From IMG/VR virus record IMGVR_UViG_3300044260_000022, positions 1 to 40,516 of that record: a DNA stretch of 40,516 nucleotides; one strand, 5' to 3'. Shown one piece after another: positions 16,717 to 25,600 of this stretch (position 1 is the stretch's first letter; every line of letters begins with the position of its first letter). The notes under the pieces were generated by a model that saw only the letters and a program-made list of their open reading frames with translations, did not search any database and was not told the DNA's origin. The position numbers were made by a program, and so were the translations under genes. Source of the DNA: a virus. Its lineage: Duplodnaviria; Caudoviricetes.

Positions 16717-17406
16717 TTAAGCGTCGATCCCGATCCCGATCGCGCCGCGGCCGGCCTGCATCGCCGCGGGGTCCGCACAGACCTGCCACGAAACGGTGAA
16801 GGCCCGCTCCTTGTTTTTCACGAGCTTCCACGAGCCCGGGCCGTTCGGAACGCACCGCCAGAACTGGAGGGTCCTCGTGACGGAGTCGCCCGGGCCGGGG
16901 CCGCGCCAGAGGAGCTGCATGTACCGGCGCCCGCTCGATTCGCCCATCGTCATAGAGCCCGCGAGCGAGGCCAGCGTGCCGCCCGTGAGCACGTTCGCCG
17001 CGTTCGGCGTTTCGACCCCGAGCGTCGACCACGTGTTGTAGTGGTTCGCCCAATTGTCGTGGAGGAACGAGGCCTTGACCTGCCAATCCTCGCCGGCCGG
17101 GAACGCGCCGATCGGGCCGAGGTACTGGTCGCACTCGATTTTCGCGAGCGTCCTCTTGCCGTCGATTTCGATGCCGCCCGTCGTGGGCCCGATCGCGAAC
17201 ACGGTGCCCGGGTCGGCGCCGGCGGTTGTCGCGGGCGCGTAGTAGAGCTGCCCGGAGCCGCGGGAGACGGCGGCCTGCGTCGTCGAATCGGGCGACGGGA
17301 ACACGAGCCCGATCACGAGCAGAGAGAGCGCCGCGAGAACCGCGGCGAGGAGTCCGCCGCCCCCGTGCGCGGCGGAGAGAGAGACGGCGGAGAGGGCGAG
17401 GATCAT
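16717..17406 (-). CDS. major tail (tube) protein with hydrophobic N-terminal leader
   Basis: GSGQLYYAP..IGPTTGGIEI..IECDQ pattern and synteny; AAGGAG RBS before ATG 17406. Confidence 0.75.
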   Translation of the reverse strand: MILALSAVSLSAAHGGGGLLAAVLAALSLLVIGLVFPSPDSTTQAAVSRGSGQLYYAPATTAGADPGTVFAIGPTTGGIEIDGKRTLAKIECDQYLGPIGAFPAGEDWQVKASFLHDNWANHYNTWSTLGVETPNAANVLTGGTLASLAGSMTMGESSGRRYMQLLWRGPGPGDSVTRTLQFWRCVPNGPGSWKLVKNKERAFTVSWQVCADPAAMQAGRGAIGIGIDA

Positions 17407-17420
17407 GTCGTGCTCCTTTT

Positions 17421-17969
17421 CTACGGGTTCAGTCGATGGAACTTGTAGGCGATCGCGTAATCGAGGACGAGGACTCCGATAGGCTGCTCGACGGCCGGTT
17501 CGGTGTATTGCAGGCGCGGCGTGATCGTGACGGCGCCGTGCGTCGCCGTCAATGGGTCGGTGTTCGCGCCGGTGTCGGTCCAGTACGGGAACGCCTCCAC
17601 CGCGACTTGAAGGTCGGCGAGAAGGGCGTCCATCGCGGCGCGTGTCGACGAGTCGAGATTGTCGGCCGCGTCGTCGCCGGGCACGTAGCCCCAAAGCTGC
17701 ACGAACACGGTTCGCTCGAAGAGCTGATCGTCGAGAGGGACGATCGTGTCGGGCGTGTTGAGGAGCGTCACGAGCTCCACCATAGGGAGCTCGGTGAGAT
17801 CCGGCCGAACCGCGGAGCGCATCCGAGAATAAACGCGCCCCGCGAGCGCCGTCTCGCACGGGCGCGGGACGGCCCCGTAGCCGAACGGATAGGTGAAGGT
17901 GACGCCGGGCGCGATCGTCGCGAGCGTCGCTTGCAGGCGGAGGAGGAGGCGCTCGCGGAGGTCGCTCAT
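17421..17969 (-). CDS. tail terminator-like protein
   Basis: MSDLRERLL..L.A.L start; lies before the tail tube gene. Confidence 0.6.
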   Translation of the reverse strand: MSDLRERLLLRLQATLATIAPGVTFTYPFGYGAVPRPCETALAGRVYSRMRSAVRPDLTELPMVELVTLLNTPDTIVPLDDQLFERTVFVQLWGYVPGDDAADNLDSSTRAAMDALLADLQVAVEAFPYWTDTGANTDPLTATHGAVTITPRLQYTEPAVEQPIGVLVLDYAIAYKFHRLNP

Positions 17970-18469
17970 CGCTGCCCCTTCACGTCGGCGAACGTATCCT
18001 CGATCGCCTTGCCGTGCGCCTGAATGATCGCGTCGCGGGCGGCCTCGAGGGCCGGCACGAGGTACGGGTGCGGCGGCCGGTTGATCCGCCTCGTGTGAGG
18101 CGAGACGAACCCGACGCCGGCGGCGACCATTTTCCGCGCCTCGCGAACGTCGCGCCCGCGGACTCGGCGCGAATAGCCGCGGACGTTCTCCTCGCCGCGG
18201 AACCCGAACTCCTCGGCGCGGGCGTAGGCGAGGTTCGTCCCGACGCGCCCGTCGAACCCGCCCTCGCTGTTCTCCTCCGGCCTCGCGGCGGTGATCGAGC
18301 GGCGGAGCGTTCCCGAAATCACGTGAACGCGATCGAGCGCCCCCTTGAGGACGACCTTGAGAGACTCGACCATCGCCTCGCGCATGTGAATCTTGAGGCG
18401 ATCGGGCGCCGCGGCGAAGGCCTCGCTCGCGCCCTCGAGCTCGCCGACGGTGATCTCGACGGTTAGCAC
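17966..18469 (-). CDS. HK97 gp10-like neck/tail-completion protein
   Basis: SGTLRRSI...VGTNLAYARAEEFG...PPHPYLVPALE. Confidence 0.8.
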   Translation of the reverse strand: MLTVEITVGELEGASEAFAAAPDRLKIHMREAMVESLKVVLKGALDRVHVISGTLRRSITAARPEENSEGGFDGRVGTNLAYARAEEFGFRGEENVRGYSRRVRGRDVREARKMVAAGVGFVSPHTRRINRPPHPYLVPALEAARDAIIQAHGKAIEDTFADVKGQR

Positions 18470-19065
18470 GGGAGAAACGCCCGCCGGTAGCGTTCGAAGA
18501 TCGTCCGCGAGACGGCCGGCACGTCCTCGGGAACGAACGAGGTCATTTGCCCGGCGAACGAGCTCGAGGACTCGCCGAGGCGATCGCGACGCCGGAACAG
18601 TTGCGCGGCCCAAAGGGTGATCCCGAAGACGAGGTCGTCGGGCGGTGCTTTCGTTGCGTAGTCTGAGAGGCCCGCCGAGTACGTGACCAGAATGCTGTTC
18701 ACCATCCAATCCGGCCAGACGGAGCCGGAGGTTCGGATGAGCCCGTCGGCGGTGCGGTTCACGGCGACCTCCGCCGGCGGATAGACGGGCGCCGCGTTCG
18801 GATCGGCGACGGTGAGGTCGTTGCCGTAGAGGTTCACGGCGGAGAGCTTCACGATCGGGTCATGCTGCAAGAAAAGCACGGCCTTCCCCGTGCCCGTGTA
18901 GGCCTCCACGTAATCGCGCGTCTCGAGCGTTCGGCCGATGAGACGCTCGGCCGCGGCTTGACAGCCGGAGCCGATCATCGCGATCGTGTCGGACGCGCCG
19001 CCCGTCGGGACCCCCGTCTTCTGGAGGTACGCGGTAACGCGGGCGTTCCAATCGAGCGTCGCCAT
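18463..19065 (-). CDS. head-tail adaptor (gp6/gp15-like)
   Basis: AERLIGR...VTYSAG...PPDDL; directly follows the capsid gene. Confidence 0.7.
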   Translation of the reverse strand: MATLDWNARVTAYLQKTGVPTGGASDTIAMIGSGCQAAAERLIGRTLETRDYVEAYTGTGKAVLFLQHDPIVKLSAVNLYGNDLTVADPNAAPVYPPAEVAVNRTADGLIRTSGSVWPDWMVNSILVTYSAGLSDYATKAPPDDLVFGITLWAAQLFRRRDRLGESSSSFAGQMTSFVPEDVPAVSRTIFERYRRAFLPC

Positions 19066-19090
19066 CTCTGTTCGTTGCCCCCGTAGTGAA

Positions 19091-19118
19091 GGCCGGGCGG
19101 CCTCGCCGCCGCCCGGCC
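19091..19118 (-). terminator. hairpin after the capsid gene
   Basis: 11-bp stem GGCCGGGCGGC/GCCGCCCGGCC with a weak U tract. Confidence 0.55.
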
Positions 19119-19131
19119 GGTTGTCAGAAGG

Positions 19132-20712
19132 TTACGCGATGCACTGAATCGCGCCGAGCGCGAAGTTGCCGTACACGACGAGGGCGCCGTTGAGATCCAT
19201 ACCCATCTCGACCGCCCTCTTGGAGAGCCCGAACGTGATCGACCGGTAGTCCCATCCGAGGAACACCTTCACGTTGTCGCCGACGTTCGCGCCGGCGTAG
19301 TACGGCCCGAGGCCGTAGGACACGAAGAGGATCGTGCCCGCCGGGAGGAACGGGTGAACCGTCACCGGGGTCTCCTTCCCCATGTAGCGGTTCATGACCG
19401 AGCGCACGCCGAGCGAGCCGGCGATGTTGAGGTTCCCGGCCTGCACGTCGATCCGGTACACCGGCGCCGAGCTCGCGGTGCTGATCTGGTCGATCTTTTT
19501 CTTCTGATCCGTCGGGACCCAGAGCTCGTCGGGGCCGATCTTGTAGGTGTCGTAGAAGGCCTTGAACGCGACGTCGATTTCGTTCACGCCGCCGGTCGAG
19601 TCGCTCGTGAGCGTCGCGGAGCCGGCCGCGACCTGCGGGAGCGCGAGGTAGTAGCCCGGCGCGAACGCGGTCTTGCAGCACTGTGCGACGAGGCCGTCGT
19701 AGTCCGTCGCGCGGGCCGTCGTGTCGGCGGTGTTCGGCTTGTTGCCCGAGCCGGGAATCGCCGAGACGCTCGCGACGTTGGTCGTGAACACGCCGACGAA
19801 CTTGTGGTTCGCGACGCCGGTCGAGGAGCCCGCGTACACGGCGTAGGCCACGGCGCCGGGAATCGCGGTCCACTGGAAGGTGATCGTCTTGTCGCCGGCC
19901 GTGCCGCCCGTCGCCGTGGCGATCGACTGTTCGACGCCCTGCGTCTCGCCGATCGCGTCGGCGCCGCCGTTGCCCTTCGTCGGATTGAGGTAGCCCTGAA
20001 GCGTGAGCGCGTCGACGCTGAAGTAGTACGTGGTCGCGGCGGTGAGGGAGCCGACGCCGGTCGCGGCCTGCGTCAGCGCGACGGGCGAGGTCTTCGAGAT
20101 TCCCGAGACGTTGCCGAGCGCCGTGACGTTTCCGCCGAGGAGCATCTTTTCCTCGGCCAGCATCGTCGCGTGGAGGAGGGTGAGCCGCGCCACGTCCTCG
20201 GCCTGAAAATCCTGCCCGGGCGTGATCTTGCTGTTCGAGCCGAACAGCGCCTCGGGCGTGAGCATCGTCTCCGTCTCGATGCTCTTGAAGTTGTAGGTCG
20301 TGTTGACCTCGTTGTAGGCGATGCGCCCGTTGCGCCCCGTCGTGGAGTCCGTCGCCTCGGCGACGCCGCCCCAGACGTTCGTGGTGTTGATGCCGGTGAT
20401 CTTGCGGAACGTGATCGAGGCGCCGCCGACCGTCTCGCGCGGGAGGCGGTTGCGGAGCGGGGTCGGGACCGCGTAGACGAGCTTCGCGGGCGCCTCGAGC
20501 GGAACGCCGAGGAGGCCGAGCGGCGTCGTCACGCCGAGGTTGTTCGTCGCGTCCTTCTTGATGCCGGCGGCCTCGTCCTTCGTGACGAGGCGCCCGCGGA
20601 GCATGTCGTGGTAGCCGTAGTCGCCGCCGACGGCCTTCTGGAATTCCTGCTTGAACGCGGCGATCGCCTCGGGCGTCGTGAGGCCGAACTCGCGGAGGAG
20701 GGCGTTGCTCAT
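19132..20712 (-). CDS. major capsid protein
   Basis: LEAPAKLVYAVPTPLRNRLPR, EEKMLLGGN and VHPFLPAGTIL motifs; follows the protease-scaffold gene. Confidence 0.85.
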   Translation of the reverse strand: MSNALLREFGLTTPEAIAAFKQEFQKAVGGDYGYHDMLRGRLVTKDEAAGIKKDATNNLGVTTPLGLLGVPLEAPAKLVYAVPTPLRNRLPRETVGGASITFRKITGINTTNVWGGVAEATDSTTGRNGRIAYNEVNTTYNFKSIETETMLTPEALFGSNSKITPGQDFQAEDVARLTLLHATMLAEEKMLLGGNVTALGNVSGISKTSPVALTQAATGVGSLTAATTYYFSVDALTLQGYLNPTKGNGGADAIGETQGVEQSIATATGGTAGDKTITFQWTAIPGAVAYAVYAGSSTGVANHKFVGVFTTNVASVSAIPGSGNKPNTADTTARATDYDGLVAQCCKTAFAPGYYLALPQVAAGSATLTSDSTGGVNEIDVAFKAFYDTYKIGPDELWVPTDQKKKIDQISTASSAPVYRIDVQAGNLNIAGSLGVRSVMNRYMGKETPVTVHPFLPAGTILFVSYGLGPYYAGANVGDNVKVFLGWDYRSITFGLSKRAVEMGMDLNGALVVYGNFALGAIQCIA

Positions 20713-20721
20713 GTCGTGGTC

Positions 20722-22680
20722 CTATTTCCCGAGCGAGGCCTTCGCGATCGCGACGGCCTGAGCCCACTTGGCCCGGAGCTCGGGATGGTCGAGGCCATTC
20801 CCGGCCGCCTCGAGAGCGGCGAGACTGGCGGTGGATGATTCGCCCGCGGCGCGAGGCGCGGCGGGAACGGTTCGGAGCGGCGCGGGAACGGCGGCCGTCT
20901 TCGCGATCGTTTCGACCGTCTTGCGGAGGCCCTTGATCTCGGCTTCGAAAAAGCCCCTGAGATCGGCCCCCACCTTCGCGATCGCCTCGTTCGTTTCGGA
21001 CAGGCCCTTGCCGATGCCCTCGGCCAACTGGTCGCCGTGGTTCACCTTGAACAGTGCCGGCGCGTCGGCCGGCGCGAACTTCTGCGCGAGCTCGCGGGCG
21101 TAGGCCCGGAGGACGAGAGGCATGAGCGCCTTCGTGAATTTCGGGTCGGCCGCGAGCGCCATGTCGGCGACCGCGATGCTCTGGTCGGGCGGCGTGCTCG
21201 TGGTCGACGCGGCCACGTTCGGCGCCGCCGGCTCGCCGTCCTCGAGCTCCTCGGCCTCGAGGGCGATGAATCGCTGGAGGGCGCCGAGGGCCGACGCGAG
21301 GAGCTCGAGCTGCGGTGTCTCGTCCTCGCCCTCGGCCGCCTCGGAGGCGTAGAGGTCGCGGACTCGCCCGAGCAGCATCGCGGCGTCGGCGATGTCGTTC
21401 TCCTCGCCGCCCCAGAGGTATTTCGTCACGAGGGCGCGGACGGCGGCCTTCCGCTTTTTCATCGCGGCGGCCGAGCTCGCGGCGATGTCGTCTTTCCCGA
21501 CGGCGGCGAGGTCCTCTTTCGAACACTCCTCGACGCCTTCCTTGTGGACCTTCATGCACTTGGAACAGGCGGCGCCGGCCTTCGTGACGGCGGGCGCGTC
21601 GGCCTTCCCGGGCGGTGCCGTGATCGGCGTGCCGCGAACAGGGTCCCGCTTTTTCCCGCCGGCGATCATGTCCTCCTCCGTGTCGCTCCCGCCGATTTCG
21701 GCAACGCCCTCGATGCCCCCGCCGGCCGGCGGCGCGGCGACGTTCGCCGGCGCGGCGCCCTCGGCGACGCTCGAGGCCGTCGGCGAGGCGGGCGCGGAGC
21801 TCTGAGCGCCGGCCGTGCCGGGTGCCGCCCCCGCGGGCTCCACGCCGGCCGCCGGCGGCGCCGTGGGCGCGGCGGACTGAGGGCCGGCGGGCGTGCCGGT
21901 CTGCCCGCTCGTGACGACCTCGGCCGCGGGAATGGCCGCCGCCGGGCTCGCGGGAATGCTTTCGGTCGGGGCGACGGCGCCGTTCGGCGCGGCCGTTCCG
22001 GGCGCGGCGCCCGCGGGCTCGACGCCTTCGGCCGGCGGATCGGTTGCCGGCTCGGACTGAGGGCCCGCCGTCCCGGGCGCGGCATCGTCCTCCTCCACGT
22101 CTTCGGCCCTCGAGCTCGGGGCCTTGCCCTTCTTGAGCTCGCCGAGGAGGGCCGCGGCGAACCGGTTGGTCGCCTCGAGGAGCGGCGCCGGCACGTCGGA
22201 GGCGAGGGCCTCGGTCGCCGTGCCGTCGGCCTTGACCAGCGTGATGTTCGCGTTCGGATTCGCGCCCACGTCCACGACGGAGAGCTCGGTCATCTCCCAT
22301 TCGAGGACGCGCCGCGCCATGCGATCGCCGACCTTCTCGGTGCGCGCCTTCGTCGGCGTCGAGCCCCCGACGGAGAACGAGGCGAGGACGCCGTCCTCGA
22401 TTTTCTTGATCGTGTCGGGAGCTCCGGCCGAAATGAACGCCTCGACCTCGATCGCCTTGCGCGCGTCGTCGAAGGTGACGCCGAGCCGTTTGCCGACCGG
22501 CTTTTTCGGGTCGTGCGCCTCGCGGACGTTGCCCCGCCACTTTCCGAACGCGGCCTTGCTGCCCTCGTAGTCGAGGATGTCGCCCTGCGAGTCGAGCGTC
22601 TCGTCCGTCGCGAGGCCGGCGACGAGCAGGCTCCCGTCTGCCTGTTTTTCAAATTTGGTGATCGGGAACGAGAGGCGCAT
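20722..22680 (-). CDS. prohead protease-scaffold fusion
   Basis: VAGLATDETLDSQGDI...VREAH...FSVGG...ELSVVDVGANPNA, then a low-complexity scaffold region. Confidence 0.85.
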   Translation of the reverse strand: MRLSFPITKFEKQADGSLLVAGLATDETLDSQGDILDYEGSKAAFGKWRGNVREAHDPKKPVGKRLGVTFDDARKAIEVEAFISAGAPDTIKKIEDGVLASFSVGGSTPTKARTEKVGDRMARRVLEWEMTELSVVDVGANPNANITLVKADGTATEALASDVPAPLLEATNRFAAALLGELKKGKAPSSRAEDVEEDDAAPGTAGPQSEPATDPPAEGVEPAGAAPGTAAPNGAVAPTESIPASPAAAIPAAEVVTSGQTGTPAGPQSAAPTAPPAAGVEPAGAAPGTAGAQSSAPASPTASSVAEGAAPANVAAPPAGGGIEGVAEIGGSDTEEDMIAGGKKRDPVRGTPITAPPGKADAPAVTKAGAACSKCMKVHKEGVEECSKEDLAAVGKDDIAASSAAAMKKRKAAVRALVTKYLWGGEENDIADAAMLLGRVRDLYASEAAEGEDETPQLELLASALGALQRFIALEAEELEDGEPAAPNVAASTTSTPPDQSIAVADMALAADPKFTKALMPLVLRAYARELAQKFAPADAPALFKVNHGDQLAEGIGKGLSETNEAIAKVGADLRGFFEAEIKGLRKTVETIAKTAAVPAPLRTVPAAPRAAGESSTASLAALEAAGNGLDHPELRAKWAQAVAIAKASLGK

Positions 22681-22698
22681 TTTCGTTTTCTCCTTCGT

Positions 22699-25600
22699 TC
22701 AATTTAGAACGGTAATGACCGCGTTAGTCGACATCCAAGACTCGAGCGCCGTCGCCGCCGTCGGCGTGACCGTGAAGTCGAGAAGCCCGGTCGTCGTCGT
22801 ATCAATCGCCGCGACCGCCGTCATGGGAAAGAACCGCGTCCCGACGTTCCCGACCTCGATCTTGCCCTGTCCGATCACCGTGCCGCCGGCGCCGATCGTT
22901 CGCGCCGTCAGGATGAATTCCGCCTTCCACGGGAGGCCCTGCCCCGGGTAGGCGCCCACGACCGCGGCGGCCGGAATCGTCACGGCGCCGCATTTGAATT
23001 TGAACGTGTAGCTGGTGCCGGCGACGTTCGCGAGCGGGATCACGCCCGAGACTTCGAACCGGACCGTCTTGCCGACCGTCCAGAAGTTTGCCGGCAGCGT
23101 CTTCGTGCCGATGCCGGTACCCATCAGCGTCGTCTCGGCGACCGTGTTCGTCACCGTCACGCTGTTCGTCTGCGTGAACACGACGCCCGAGAGGTTCTGC
23201 GCGACGCCGGCCTGAACGGAGGTCAGACTTTTCTGCGTGGAGTCGGTCCACGTGTCGCCGTTTGCCTGCCCGCCGGGCGCCGCGACCGCTTCCATTCGCA
23301 CCGTTCCGTTGACGTCGAGCTGCTGCCCCGGCGTGCCCTGATTGATCCCGATGTAGCCCGTGCCGCTGCTCCGAACGACGCCCGAGAATCCGCCGAGCGT
23401 CGTGCCGCCGGTCCATACCGCGAGCTGGTCCGTCGTGCCGTTGCCCGAGACGCCGCCGGCGCCCAGCAGGTTCACGTATGAACCGCCGTTCTGCGAAATC
23501 TTCAGCTGCTGCGCGCCAGAGTCATAGTAGAGGCGCGCGGTAGATGCGGGCGCGGCGGCCGGCGCCGTCACTGCGCGAATGTCGTGCGCGCCGGCGACGT
23601 CGAGCGCGACGGCCGGCGCCGCGGTCCCGATGCCGACGCGCTGCGAGGAGTCTATGAACATCGCCGGGTTGACCTTCACGACCCACGGTCCCGACCCATT
23701 CGTGCGCGTATAGAACGCGAGGCCGCCGCCGTAGTCGCCGGTCGTTGCGTTGTCCTTCGCGGCGCCGATTGCCGCGAACTCCGTGAACGCGCCGCCGCTC
23801 GTGTATTTTCCGAGGAACGAAAGACTGCCGCCGACGTTCGCTGCCATCGCCGTCGTGTCGGTCAGCGCGAGGTTCACAATCGGCGCGAGGAAGCCGGCGG
23901 GAGAGACGGCGCCGGCGATCTCTGCAAACGTGCGTGGCGCGGTAGCGCCGATGCCGACGTTACCGGCCGGAGAGATCGTCAGCGCGTTTATGAATGCGCC
24001 GGCGTTTCGAGTGAATACGTCGAACTTGCCGGAATTGTTGGCGCCGCTGCGCGAGAACCGCAACAGCCCGACGCGGTTGTCGGTCGTTCCGATCGCCGCG
24101 TTTCCGAAGGTAAGGTCGCCGAGCGTCCCGTCGGCCGTTTGACTTCCGCCGAGGATCAGCGATGTTCCGCTGAGGTTCGGCGACGTGAGCTCGACGAGGT
24201 TTGTCGCGCCAGTCGCGGTATAGCCGGCCCCCGGAGTTGTCGTCCCCATTCCGAGCGCACCGGAGGTCCCGTTGAGCGTCATCCAGACGGTGTCGGCTTG
24301 GGTATCCTGCCCGGTCGTCGTTGTCGTCTTTCCGAAAGACATGCCCTGCGACGAGGAGCCAACACGGAAGTGAAGACCGTAACCGAGGTCGGTTCCACTC
24401 GCGGACGCGAAATCGTAATGGTAGATGGTGCTCCCGTAGGTCGTCCCGAGCCCGGTGTTACCTTGTAGCCAAAGGCTGGCGGCGAATCCAGACGCCGTGT
24501 TAAATAGGCGAAGGACCGGGCCGGTTGCGCTATTGATTTGGACGTTCGTGGATGGGCTTGTCGTGCCGATACCGAGCGTCCCCGTGACCGCCGCGTTTCC
24601 GGCCACGTGGAGCGGCGCAACCGGGGTCGCCGTTCCGAGCCCGAGGCGATGGTTGACGCCGTCCCAAAAAAGGTTCGTGTTGTCCTGCGCGAACGTGGTC
24701 GCGTTCGAGAGGTACGGAATCGAACCCGTCGTCCAGCTCGAGGCATTCGTGCCGCCGCTCGCCGTCGGGAGGACGCCCGCGAGATCGGTCGCGGCGTTGA
24801 CTTGCGAGAACGTCGGCGCGTTCGCGGCGGCGCCCGTGCCCGTCGAGCGGAGGAACATCGGCGTCGTCGTCGCGTTGCCGGCGAGCCGCGTCCCGAGGCC
24901 CGAGGCCCCGCCGTAAATCACGTCGCCGAGCGTCGTCATGGGCGAGAGCGCCGAGAATGCCGAGCTCGCGGTCGCGGCCCCGGTGCCGCCGTTCGCGATG
25001 CCGAGCGTGCCGCCGAGCGTGAGAGTGACGGCGCCGGTCCCGCCGCCGGTGAGCGTCAGGCCGGTCGTGCCGCCCGAGCCGTTGACGGATGAGACGCCGC
25101 CGGTCGTGATCGTGGTCGGCTCCCATCGGTTGTTAGCGGTGACCCACTGCGGGACCTGCCCGTTCGAAGGGACGCCGGCGAGGAAGTTGTTCCCCTGAAT
25201 TTTCGAGACCGTGTTCGCCGTGATCGTGCCCGTCACGTCGCCCGCGAGGTTCGGGAGCTGCGCGACGCCGAACGCGCCGGTCGTGATTTTCGAGGCGTCG
25301 AGGTTCGGCACGTCGCCCGCGGCGATCGCGCCCCACGCCGGCGCGGCCGAGACCGAGCCGTTGCCCGTCTGAGTCAGGAACTGTTTCGTCGCCGTCGTGT
25401 TCCCGGCCAGCCGGGTGTTCGTGCCGGCGCCGTTTGCATAGGCGAGGTCGCCGAGCGTGGTCGTCGGCGCGAGGGCGTTGTAGCCCGCCGCGGCCGTCGC
25501 CTGCCCGGTGCCGCCGTTCGCGACCGGGAGCTGCCCCGAGACTTCCGAGCCGAGGGCGACGGCGCCGGCCGTCATGGGCGACGTGCCGGAGGCGTGGACG

